A DNA stretch of 23,960 nucleotides from an uncultured archaeon (GTDB lineage: Archaea; Asgardarchaeota; Lokiarchaeia; Sigyniarchaeales; SOKP01): positions 1-23,960 of the forward strand of contig CAZDTP010000056.1 of the NCBI GenBank assembly GCA_964508365.1, read 5' to 3'. Both the position numbers and the translations under genes were made by a program. Positions 1 through 8,922 of the stretch are shown piece after piece. The notes beneath the pieces are model-generated. The model made no database searches, had not been told where the DNA came from, and was given only the letters and a program-made list of their open reading frames with translations. The first letter of the stretch is position 1; each line of letters opens with the position of its first letter.

Positions 1-64
1 TTTAAAACTAATTCTTTCTATATCAAAGAATTAATTATATTAACGAACTATAGGTAATATATTT

Positions 65-307
65 TTACCTTTTCTTCTAAAAATAAAACAAATTTTTATA
101 TTAGAATAGTTAATCTACCCAAAAATCTGTTGCTAATCTTCTTCTGGTTTGTCATAAACCATCTTTTTCAGTGAATCCGATTATGCCTTTGCCTTGATCT
201 GCGTCTTTAATTTTCCACATTCCACTCACAGCTCCCGTTAATGCGCCAGACAATACTTCAAAACCTTGTGCTGTGTATAAGTCGCATTCCACTCTGCGAT
301 TTATTAT
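65..307. repeat. Diverged direct repeat, copy A (3' end of enoyl-CoA hydratase plus 3' flank)
   Basis: Aligns without gaps to 1094-1336 at an offset of 1029. Positions 65-100 are identical to 1094-1129 (ttaccttttcttctaaaaataaaacaaatttttata), and the coding part differs mostly at third codon positions. Confidence 0.95.
110..307 (-). pseudogene. C-terminal remnant of an enoyl-CoA hydratase with an in-frame stop
   Basis: Manual translation gives IINRRVECDLYTAQGFEVLSGALTGAVSGMWKIKDADQGKGIIGFTEKDGL*QTRRRLATDFWVD*, nearly identical to the C-terminus of the 1139-1972 protein. The Trp codon TGG has become TGA at 152-154, and there is no start codon. Confidence 0.92.
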
Positions 308-738
308 CAACCTTTAACCTTTAAGAGATATTCATCTATTTCTCTTTTAAACTCGGAATATATTTCAGAAATATTATTCATAAGTGGTTCTAATTTCTCC
401 TCATCAATAAGAAATCCATAAGCATGGGTAAAAAAGTGCCGAAAAACTAAATACTTACCAATTTTATCAAGAATTTCTTTCGATATTATTTTATTGTCAA
501 AAGCAAAATTCAATAAATCTTTATGCCATGTGGGTGACTCTGGGATTGGTAAGTTTTGGTGTAAAAATATTTGTTTTAAAATATTTTCCATACCCGTATA
601 GATATTTTGAAGAAAGGCTCCAATTCCTACAAGAATTACGAGTTCTTTACTCGGTTTTTTTTTCACTTTTTCCAATTCAATTAAAATTTTTTCAATATTT
701 TCATTCTCCGCAAGAATTTTGTCCTTAACATTAGCCAT
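307..738 (-). CDS. HEPN-domain ribonuclease toxin (HepT/DUF86-like)
   Basis: 143 aa with RHFFTHAY, an R-X4-H-X-Y HEPN motif. It overlaps the upstream nucleotidyltransferase gene by 8 nt (ATGGCTAA). Confidence 0.85.
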   Translation of the reverse strand: MANVKDKILAENENIEKILIELEKVKKKPSKELVILVGIGAFLQNIYTGMENILKQIFLHQNLPIPESPTWHKDLLNFAFDNKIISKEILDKIGKYLVFRHFFTHAYGFLIDEEKLEPLMNNISEIYSEFKREIDEYLLKVKG

Positions 739-1000
739 ATAATACTAACCCATCTTCCTCTATTAGTCTATTAAATAAACAGTCTATACTTATATCAATT
801 ACATCTACAGGTTTCGATAAATCCCTGTACAATTCCCAGCAAAAATCAAAAAATAATTTAGGTGCTATACCTCTTACACCAATATCTATATCTCGCGCAT
901 CCTTCCTCTCTTTAGAGGAACCGAAGAGAATAACTTTTTCTAAGTTGTATTTTCTTGCGTACAATAATATTATTTTCTTATCTTCTTCAGATATCATCAT
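731..1000 (-). CDS. Minimal nucleotidyltransferase (MNT) antitoxin
   Basis: 89 aa with LFGS-X8-DID, a later acidic PVDVID strand, and direct coupling to a HEPN gene. Confidence 0.87.
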   Translation of the reverse strand: MMISEEDKKIILLYARKYNLEKVILFGSSKERKDARDIDIGVRGIAPKLFFDFCWELYRDLSKPVDVIDISIDCLFNRLIEEDGLVLYG

Positions 1001-1093
1001 ATATTATATCTCTTTTAATATTTATTTAGATTTTGGTGTGTATTGAAAATAGATTTCTTGTGTTTTATATATTTTTTGAGAAATAATATATTA

Positions 1094-1336
1094 TTACCTT
1101 TTCTTCTAAAAATAAAACAAATTTTTATAGTGAAATAGCTAATCTACCCAAAAATCTTTTGCCAATCTTCTTCTTGTTTGCCATAAGCCTCCTTTTTCAG
1201 TGAAGTTAATAATACCTTTGCCTTGATCTGCGTCTTTTATTTTCCACATTCCGCTTACAGCTCCCGTTAAAGCACCAGATAGAACTTCGAAACCTTGAGC
1301 TGTATATAAATCACATTCTACACCTCTATTAATAAT
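1094..1336. repeat. Diverged direct repeat, copy B (functional 3' end of enoyl-CoA hydratase plus 3' flank)
   Basis: Partner of 65-307. It includes a T-rich tract on the minus strand (TTTGTTTTATTTTT) just after the stop, compatible with an archaeal terminator. Confidence 0.95.
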
Positions 1337-1972
1337 AAATTTTAATTGACGCATTCCTTGTTGATTTTTGGTTTTTAGCACTTCTAGTAGTTTCTCCACT
1401 TCTTCATCCAGTCGGTCGTTGGCTACAACTCGGTTCCACAAATTCCATTCCACAGCCTTTTTGCTGGGATGAAGTGCTCCAATAAGATTGATTTCCTTTG
1501 CTCTTCTTCGACCGATTAATCGTGCTAAACGCGTCGTACCACCCCATCCGGGAGTTATTCCAACATCTACTTCAGGCATACCCCATTTTGAGCGTTCAGT
1601 AGCTATAACAAAATCACAAGCCATAGTAATCTCCAATCCTCCTCCTACTGCAAAACCGTCTACAGCAGCTATAGTAATTTTATCCAATTCCTCTAGTTGG
1701 TTTGCCATATTTTGATAATACCTACATCTTCGAGTTATATCGTTAGCGTTTCCCCATTTAATCATCTCTTTAATATCATCTCCAACGCAGAAGTTGGGAC
1801 CTTCACCTTTAATAATCAAGAATTTGAGTTTTGTAGATTGTCTTACTATTTCTATAGCAGCGACAATTTCTTCTGAAAGGCTCATACTTAAAGCGTTCAT
1901 CACTTCAGGTCTATTGAGTAAGATCCAAGCAGTCTCTTCATTTTCCCTATAAATCAAATTTTCAAATTTCAT
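1139..1972 (-). CDS. Enoyl-CoA hydratase/isomerase (crotonase family)
   Basis: 277 aa with LNRPEVMNALS, FCVGDD (oxyanion loop), AVGGGLEITMACD and GMPEVDVGITPGWGGT. Both catalytic Glu positions are present. Confidence 0.93.
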   Translation of the reverse strand: MKFENLIYRENEETAWILLNRPEVMNALSMSLSEEIVAAIEIVRQSTKLKFLIIKGEGPNFCVGDDIKEMIKWGNANDITRRCRYYQNMANQLEELDKITIAAVDGFAVGGGLEITMACDFVIATERSKWGMPEVDVGITPGWGGTTRLARLIGRRRAKEINLIGALHPSKKAVEWNLWNRVVANDRLDEEVEKLLEVLKTKNQQGMRQLKFIINRGVECDLYTAQGFEVLSGALTGAVSGMWKIKDADQGKGIINFTEKGGLWQTRRRLAKDFWVD

Positions 1973-2309
1973 AGTTTAATTTTAATTCACAATAAATTTT
2001 AAACATATAGAGCTTAATTCCCAATCTTCTTTATAATCTAAGATAAAATTTATAAAACAGAAGGGATTTGCATAAATTAATAATGTTTACGAATAATACG
2101 GCTTTAACGAGCTCAGTAAAAGAATTTTTACGGAAAAGAGTATTACTTCAGGCATTATTACAATTATTATTATGAGCGATACAAATCCGCTTTATCTTTT
2201 TCTTTTAAATTTTTAACGGATTTGTTTGCTAAGATCATAAAATTTAACTGAAAAAGCTTAAGGGGTGGATTATTAATAGCTGAAAAAAAGAATTCAATTG
2301 ATAAAAATT

Positions 2310-5198
2310 ATGTATAACCCCCAACAGATTGAAAAAAAGTGGCAAGATAAATGGGAGCAGGCAAAAATATTTGAAGCTAACCCAAATCCAGACAGAAAGA
2401 AAATTTTTATTACCTCTCCTTATCCGTATGCTTCTGGACCTTTACATATAGGTCATGGTAGGAGTTTTGTGAACGGAGATGTTTTTGCAAGATATTATCG
2501 TGCAAAAGGATATAATGTATTATATCCAATGGCATTTCACATAACAGGAACTCCTGTGTTAGCAATATCATCTTCCATTGAAAGAAACAATAAAGAAACG
2601 ATTGAAAGAATGGAAGAGTACGTATCATTACACACAACTGATCGAGAACAAGTAAAACGGATTGTCAAAAGCTTTGTAGAACCGTGGAATATTGTGAATT
2701 ATTTCTCAAACACTTATAAAATTGATTTTAAAGCATTAGGTATGAGTTTGGATTGGAGAAGAGAATTCACAACTGGTGATAAACTCTACAATAAGCTAAT
2801 TGAGTGGCAATTTCATAAACTATTCGAACAGGGATATTTAGAAAAAGGCAAGTACCCTATTTTGTATTGTCCTCAATGTGAAAACGCTGTAGGTGAAGAC
2901 GATATTTCAAGTGGAGACGAATTAAATTTAGAAATTAATGAATATACTTGCATAAAATTTCCATTTGAGGATGCTTATCTAGTTCCTTCTACATTGAGAC
3001 CCGAAACAATCTACGGTGCAACTAACCTATGGATAAATCCTACTGGTATCTATGTTTACGCTAAAGTAAATGGGGAAACATGGGTTATTTCTGAGGAAGC
3101 AACTTTACTTTTAAAGAATCAGAATAAAAAAGTAGAGATCCTCGAGAAATTGAAGGGAGTAGATTTAATTGGAAAAAAGGTTAAGAGTATAGATGCTAGC
3201 AGAGATCTTTTAGTTTTACCGGGAACATTTGTAGATACTACAGTGGCAACTGGTGTAGTCTACTCAGTACCAGCCCACGCTCCTTACGATTATATTGCAT
3301 TGTTAGACCTCCAAAAAAATGATGCATATATAAAAGAGTTCAAATTGAATTCAGAGGAAATAAAGAAAATAGAGCCTATTCAAATCATTGACTTATTGGA
3401 ATTCGAAGATTTTCCCGCAAAAGTTTATTGCGAAAAGTTCGATGTCCATACTCAAACAGATTTTGAAAAATTAGATAAGGCAACATCTGAAAATTATAAG
3501 GTAGAATATTATAGCGGTATTCTGAATAATAAGTGCGGAAAATATAAAGGGATAAAAGTAAACGAAGCGGTGATTATGGTTATTAATGATCTAATTGCGA
3601 ATGAAAAAGCAGATACAATTTTTCTACCTATTACTAAAGATCTTAGATGTAAGTGTGGAAAAGAAATATCGGTTTCGATATTAAACGATCAATGGTTTTT
3701 AAATTTTAATGCGGGAGATTGGAAGCAAAAAGCGTCAAAATGCTTGGATAATATGAAAATTGTTCCTAATAAATATCGCATGAATTTTGAGCACATTTTT
3801 AACTGGTTAGAGAAAAGACCTTGTGCGCGGAAGAGAGGCCTTGGAACTCAGCTTCCGTTTGATAAAAATTGGATTATAGAGTCTTTAAGCGATTCTACAA
3901 TATATATGAGTTTCTACACCATAATTCATCTGATAAAGAAAAATGATCTCAAACCAGAACAGCTTATACCTGCGTTTTTTGATTATGTTCTATTAAATAT
4001 AGGTGATATTAGAAGTCTGTCTAACCAAACTAAGATTGAAATAACTGTATTAAAACAAATGCAACAAGAATTTTTTTATTGGTATCCAGTAGATCACAGA
4101 CATACAGCAATAATGCACATTTCCAATCATTTGAGCTTTTATATATTTCATCATGTAGCTATTTTTCCCAAAGAACATTGGCCACAAATTGTCTCTCTAA
4201 TAGAACCAGTAATTATAGAAGGTCAAAAAATGGGAAAATCTAAAGGAAACGTAATTCCAATAGCAAATTTTAAAGTAAATTATTCAGCTGATTTATTTCG
4301 TTTTTATATCTCTCATAGTGCTGACTTTGGAATTAGTGTAGATTGGCGTGAAAAACAAATACAAATTGTAAAAAATCATATAAAGCGATTTTATAATTTT
4401 ATTTCGGAAAATACAGTTAAACTAAGTAAAATTGAGGGAAACATAGGTAACCTTAAAACTAAATATGCAAATATCATTTTATCAAAATGCACCCAGAAAT
4501 TTGTTGAAGCGGAAATTGGTTTGAAAGATTTGAACATAAGAAAATACCTTCAACTCTCTTTTTACGAGGTTTTTAACATAATTCAAGAATTTAATAGATA
4601 TTGTGAAGATGCGGATGACGTTTTAGAAGTCTATAAAATTATTTTTCCAAACTGGGTAAAAATACTTTCTTTAACCATGCCCCACCTATGCGAAGAACTA
4701 TGGGAAATGATGGGAAACACCCATTTCCTTTCAAATGTCATTTGGGATGATTTTAACAAAGGGTACATTAACAACGATATCGAAAGTGAATATGACTATA
4801 TTTTTGATGTAATAGCTGACATTCTAAACATTCAAAAAATTGTTTCATCCAGTGATTTAAGCAAAATTTATCTTTACACTGCTCCAAGCTGGAAATACGA
4901 GGTTTTAAAAATAATAACTTCAAAAGAGGGAAATTTCAAGAAGACTATCGAAGAATGTAAGCGAATACCGGATTTTATGAAAAATTCGAACATCATTCCA
5001 TTTATCAAACATCAAATAAAAAATCAGCTTTGGGAAAAGGAACTGGCTAATTTGAACGAAATAGAACTATTAGAAGAATACAAAGGTTATATTGAAAAAA
5101 GAATAAACAGCAGTATAATAATTAATTCAGACTACGACCCTAAAGTGCGATCGGCTAAAGCTCTACCTAACAAACCCGCAATTTACTTAGAATCTTAA
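2310..5198 (+). CDS. leuS: Leucine--tRNA ligase, archaeal/eukaryotic type, with atypical synthetic-site motifs
   Basis: HIGH at 2445-2456, KMGKS at 4227-4241, CP1 editing motifs STLRPET and GVVYSVPAHAPYD, LSDSTIYM, and C-terminal ALPNKPAIYLE. ATG at 2310 is preferred, though the track's TTG at 2298 is possible. Confidence 0.9.
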   Translation: MYNPQQIEKKWQDKWEQAKIFEANPNPDRKKIFITSPYPYASGPLHIGHGRSFVNGDVFARYYRAKGYNVLYPMAFHITGTPVLAISSSIERNNKETIERMEEYVSLHTTDREQVKRIVKSFVEPWNIVNYFSNTYKIDFKALGMSLDWRREFTTGDKLYNKLIEWQFHKLFEQGYLEKGKYPILYCPQCENAVGEDDISSGDELNLEINEYTCIKFPFEDAYLVPSTLRPETIYGATNLWINPTGIYVYAKVNGETWVISEEATLLLKNQNKKVEILEKLKGVDLIGKKVKSIDASRDLLVLPGTFVDTTVATGVVYSVPAHAPYDYIALLDLQKNDAYIKEFKLNSEEIKKIEPIQIIDLLEFEDFPAKVYCEKFDVHTQTDFEKLDKATSENYKVEYYSGILNNKCGKYKGIKVNEAVIMVINDLIANEKADTIFLPITKDLRCKCGKEISVSILNDQWFLNFNAGDWKQKASKCLDNMKIVPNKYRMNFEHIFNWLEKRPCARKRGLGTQLPFDKNWIIESLSDSTIYMSFYTIIHLIKKNDLKPEQLIPAFFDYVLLNIGDIRSLSNQTKIEITVLKQMQQEFFYWYPVDHRHTAIMHISNHLSFYIFHHVAIFPKEHWPQIVSLIEPVIIEGQKMGKSKGNVIPIANFKVNYSADLFRFYISHSADFGISVDWREKQIQIVKNHIKRFYNFISENTVKLSKIEGNIGNLKTKYANIILSKCTQKFVEAEIGLKDLNIRKYLQLSFYEVFNIIQEFNRYCEDADDVLEVYKIIFPNWVKILSLTMPHLCEELWEMMGNTHFLSNVIWDDFNKGYINNDIESEYDYIFDVIADILNIQKIVSSSDLSKIYLYTAPSWKYEVLKIITSKEGNFKKTIEECKRIPDFMKNSNIIPFIKHQIKNQLWEKELANLNEIELLEEYKGYIEKRINSSIIINSDYDPKVRSAKALPNKPAIYLES

Positions 5199-5229
5199 TT
5201 CGAGTAATCAATTAAGATACTTATTGATT

Positions 5230-8200
5230 TTAAGTTAATGGCAAGGTAAAATAAAATATCGTGCCTTGATTTCTACCCTCTGATTCTACCCAGATTTCCC
5301 CTCCGTGGAGTTCTATTAATTTTTTTGAGATAAACAAGCCAAGACCAGTACCATCTGGAATTACTTTTAGGTTTTGACCGTATCGTTCAATTTTACCGAA
5401 TTGTTTAAAAACCATTTGCTTTTCTTCATGTGTAAAACCAATACCATCATCTTTTACAGAAGTTAATATAGAATTATCTCTAATTTCAGACTTGATTTCT
5501 ATTTTTCCGTAAGGAGGAGTGTATTTTATTGCGTTATGTAATAAATTACTAATAACTTGATGAATTTGTTCTTGTTCAAAATTTGTAAAAAGATCTGGTT
5601 CTATATTTACTTCTATGTGGTGTTTTCTTAAATCAGCAATACCTTGAACTTCTTTTACACAAATATGAATTAAATTGGAAAAGTTGTCATTTTTTGATTT
5701 CAACTCTGTGTATCCTGATTCTAATTCTGCGGCTTTTAAAATATCTCCTATAAGTTTTTGCAATCTATCTGCACCATTCTTGATTGCCGTTATCTTTGAT
5801 ATTGAGTAGTCATCCAATTCACTTCTATGAACAGTCAGCAATAGATCAGAAAATCCTTTAATCGAAACTAAGGGTGTTTTTAATTCATGAGAAGTTCTTA
5901 CAAATAATTCAGATTTTAAATTGTTCAACTTTATTAGTTCTTCTTCAGCTTCTTTCTTTTCAGTAATATCAATTATAGTGATTAACTCTGCAGGTTCCCC
6001 TTTAAAGACGACATTTTTGGAAAATTGATCTATCCATTTTAGCTTTCCATTTTTTGTAAAGGTCCTATAAGAGTAATAGCTTTTTATACCTGAAACTCCT
6101 TCTTTTAAATGTTGCCTATAATCTAATAGAAATTTTAAATCTTCTGGATGAACTAATTTAATTATATCCTCTGTTGTCCACCCTTCTGTATCTTTAGATG
6201 AAAACTCAAAAATATCTAATAATGCCGAGTTTACATATTTAAGTTTATCATCTTGTATTATCATTATCCCCATAAACGCTTGTTCAGCGATTGTCCTGAA
6301 TTGTTCTTCAGATTCTTTTAATTTTTGTCCTGTTTTCTTTCTTTCTGTTATATCCACGAGAACTCCCGTGAGTTTTTGTATTTCTCCAATTCTTATCTTA
6401 CTAAATCTAGATAATACTGGAACATAATGACCGTCTTTGTGTCGCAATCTGAACTCAATAAAGCGATTATCCTCGGAATTAAATGCAATCTTAACTTCCT
6501 CAGCGACCTTAGTTAAATCCTCGGGATGGACAAATTTAAAAACTTTTTGACCAATCATTTCCTCTGGAGAAAATCCCGAAATGTCTAACAATTGATGGCT
6601 AATATATGAACATTTACCATTTTTATCAAGTTCATAAATAATATCTGAAATATTATTCACGAATCCGCGATATTTTTCTTCAGATTCTTTCAGATTTTTC
6701 TCTGCTTGTTTAATATCTGTGATGTTCCTCGCAACTAATAATAACTTACGTTTATTTAGAATGTTATTAAAGAATTTCGCATAGATTTGAAACCAAAGAT
6801 AATGCCCTTCTTTGTGTTTAAATCTAACCTGAGTGAGATAATTTCCGCTTTTTAAACCTTCTTTGAAGCTCTCTAAGTATGGGATGATATCATCCTTATG
6901 AGCGATTCTACTTTTAAAAGAAGCTTTTAAGAACTTCTCTGGAGAATATCCTAAAACTCTTGAATGGGTCTCTGCATTAATATATTCTGCTATAATCTTA
7001 TCATTGTAAAGGGTGATAAGATCATCTGAGTTTTCTGTGAGGACCCGGTAGTTTTCTTCAGATTCTCTCAAATTTTCTTCAAATTGTTTAATATCAGTTA
7101 TATCTCTTGCTATTACAAGAAGTTTTCTTTTTTCTGATTCTACGCTGAAAAATTTAGCAGTGAGTTGGAACCACAAATAATATCCTTCTTGATGTTTAAA
7201 CCTGATTTGACTTCTATAACTCCCTTCTTTAATCCCTTTTTTAATGATGTTAATCAAGGAAATTGAATCATCCTTGTGAACAATAATATTTTTAAACGAG
7301 GCTTTTAAGAATTTCTTCGCAGGATATCCCAAAACTCTAGAATGGCTTTCAGCATTTATATAAATCATTCTGAAGTTCTCGTCGTAGAGAGTAATTAAAT
7401 CATCAGAATTTTCCGAAAGTATTCTATATTTTTCCTCCGATTCTTTTAATTCTATCTCTCTATTCTTACGTTCCGTAATGTCTATGAGTATCCCTCTAAA
7501 ACCCACAGGTTTTCCATCATATCTTATAGGTATATAATAAATTAAAACCGGAAATATGTCTCCGTTTTTCTTTTGTGCTAGATATTCTGCTCCGCCTAAA
7601 TTTTCCTTTTTCAAATTTTTTGCCATATTACTTAATGCTTTCCTTCTCTCTGTCGGAATAAGTAGCTCGAGAGTATTAAAACCATTCTTAATGTCTTCTA
7701 GACTATATCCAAAAAGTTCAAAACCTTTCTCGTTTGCAAAACTAAGATTTCCAAGCATATCTGTTTCAAATACAACTAGAGGTAACATATTGACGTAATC
7801 TTGGAATCTTTTCTCCCTATTGACCAATTCTTCTTCTATTCGTTTTCTATTAGTGATATCTAAAGCTGTAAATGTGGCACCTAATAAGGGATTCTTGGGA
7901 TCAATAAAGGCAGAACTAACTAAAACATAAATGATCTTCCCATCTTTTCTCCGAAACCGTATTTCACCTGTTCCGATTCCATATTCACTAATTTGATCGT
8001 ATATCTCTTTTCCTACATACTCGAATTCTTCATCTGTGGGATATAAAATTCTGGTATTTTTATTGATCAATTCCTCTCTATCGTAACCGACAAGATCGCA
8101 AAATTTGTCGTTTACATGGACAAAGTTGCGATTTACAACCATTCCAATGCCAATTAGTGCCGCTTTATATATACTCTCTAATGTGGCTTGTTGTATCAAC

Positions 8201-8622
8201 CGGTTTTGTTTCCCATTCTTTTTAGAAGTATCATTATTAAGAATTTTTTTGTTAACCGAAGAGTTAGCAGTAAAATATTGAACAATTGTATCAGGAGTTA
8301 TAGGTTCAATTAAAATTTTATAAGAATATCCATTATTTATAATTGGATTACCGTTATTTGCAGGTAAATTAAATTTACGGTTATTTAAAGCACACTCCTG
8401 CAGCAATTTTAAAATCTGAGAATTATTTTTATATATTTCTGAAGCCTTTTTTCCAATATATTCTTTAATTTTTCCTTCACTAATTCTGGAGCTTTCTTCG
8501 TTACTATTTACTAGCGTTAAGGAATTGTTCATTTTTTTCCAAATTAAAGTGGGTATAGGGATGCTTTTTAATAACCTCGAAAAACTATCATCTAAACCTA
8601 CAAGATTTGATTTAAATTCCAT
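5230..8622 (-). CDS. Soluble multi-PAS sensor histidine kinase
   Basis: Six PAS/PAC modules ending in DITxRK-like motifs plus a degenerate N-terminal PAS-like segment, H-box SHELKTPL, N-box NLLHNAIKYT, G1 DDGIG and G2 GTGLGL. No obvious transmembrane segment. Confidence 0.95.
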   Translation of the reverse strand: MEFKSNLVGLDDSFSRLLKSIPIPTLIWKKMNNSLTLVNSNEESSRISEGKIKEYIGKKASEIYKNNSQILKLLQECALNNRKFNLPANNGNPIINNGYSYKILIEPITPDTIVQYFTANSSVNKKILNNDTSKKNGKQNRLIQQATLESIYKAALIGIGMVVNRNFVHVNDKFCDLVGYDREELINKNTRILYPTDEEFEYVGKEIYDQISEYGIGTGEIRFRRKDGKIIYVLVSSAFIDPKNPLLGATFTALDITNRKRIEEELVNREKRFQDYVNMLPLVVFETDMLGNLSFANEKGFELFGYSLEDIKNGFNTLELLIPTERRKALSNMAKNLKKENLGGAEYLAQKKNGDIFPVLIYYIPIRYDGKPVGFRGILIDITERKNREIELKESEEKYRILSENSDDLITLYDENFRMIYINAESHSRVLGYPAKKFLKASFKNIIVHKDDSISLINIIKKGIKEGSYRSQIRFKHQEGYYLWFQLTAKFFSVESEKRKLLVIARDITDIKQFEENLRESEENYRVLTENSDDLITLYNDKIIAEYINAETHSRVLGYSPEKFLKASFKSRIAHKDDIIPYLESFKEGLKSGNYLTQVRFKHKEGHYLWFQIYAKFFNNILNKRKLLLVARNITDIKQAEKNLKESEEKYRGFVNNISDIIYELDKNGKCSYISHQLLDISGFSPEEMIGQKVFKFVHPEDLTKVAEEVKIAFNSEDNRFIEFRLRHKDGHYVPVLSRFSKIRIGEIQKLTGVLVDITERKKTGQKLKESEEQFRTIAEQAFMGIMIIQDDKLKYVNSALLDIFEFSSKDTEGWTTEDIIKLVHPEDLKFLLDYRQHLKEGVSGIKSYYSYRTFTKNGKLKWIDQFSKNVVFKGEPAELITIIDITEKKEAEEELIKLNNLKSELFVRTSHELKTPLVSIKGFSDLLLTVHRSELDDYSISKITAIKNGADRLQKLIGDILKAAELESGYTELKSKNDNFSNLIHICVKEVQGIADLRKHHIEVNIEPDLFTNFEQEQIHQVISNLLHNAIKYTPPYGKIEIKSEIRDNSILTSVKDDGIGFTHEEKQMVFKQFGKIERYGQNLKVIPDGTGLGLFISKKLIELHGGEIWVESEGRNQGTIFYFTLPLT
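6689..7444 (-). repeat. Intragenic tandem duplication of a 378-bp (126-aa) PAS module
   Basis: The linker c(a/c)gattct recurs at 6681, 7059 and 7437 (period 378). Both units share ENSDDLITLY, INAE(S/T)HSRVLGY, KFLKASFK, RFKH(Q/K)EG(Y/H)YLWFQ and ITDIKQ. Confidence 0.9.
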
Positions 8623-8815
8623 TACTAACCCTAGTTAAAAAGAAAAAAAAATGAATTATATATATTATAACACATTTTTAATTTAACTTCTTGTCAATTG
8701 TTTAAAGTACGGGTCACTATCAAATATAAATATCACTCTTTCTCGTCTAAATGTTATCATGTCGTGATTTAAAATGAGTGATCATGTGGAAAATGAATCC
8801 AAATACGGTTTTTAA

Positions 8816-8838
8816 AAACAAACAAACAAACAAACAAA
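8816..8838. repeat. Simple sequence repeat (AAAC)5AAA
   Basis: Read directly at 8816-8838, between the radical SAM gene end and the kinase start. Confidence 0.9.
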
Positions 8839-8922
8839 TAATTAAACAATCGTTTGATTCAATAAAAACTAATATTCCATTTAAGCCAGTAATTTACGTA
8901 GATTTTTAACATTCAAATAATT

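Noticed and set aside
152-154. In-frame TGA as possible selenocysteine or read-through
   Set aside because: It replaces a Trp (TGG) in a start-less fragment, so a single nonsense mutation is the simpler explanation.
1773-1794. Crotonase oxyanion loop FCVGDD instead of the common FCAGAD
   Set aside because: This position varies across the family and contributes backbone atoms. Both catalytic Glu residues are intact, so no functional claim is supportable.
528-2637. Short ORFs 528-728 (+), 1488-1715 (+) and 2410-2637 (-)
   Set aside because: Antisense shadows of well-supported genes with no recognisable motifs.
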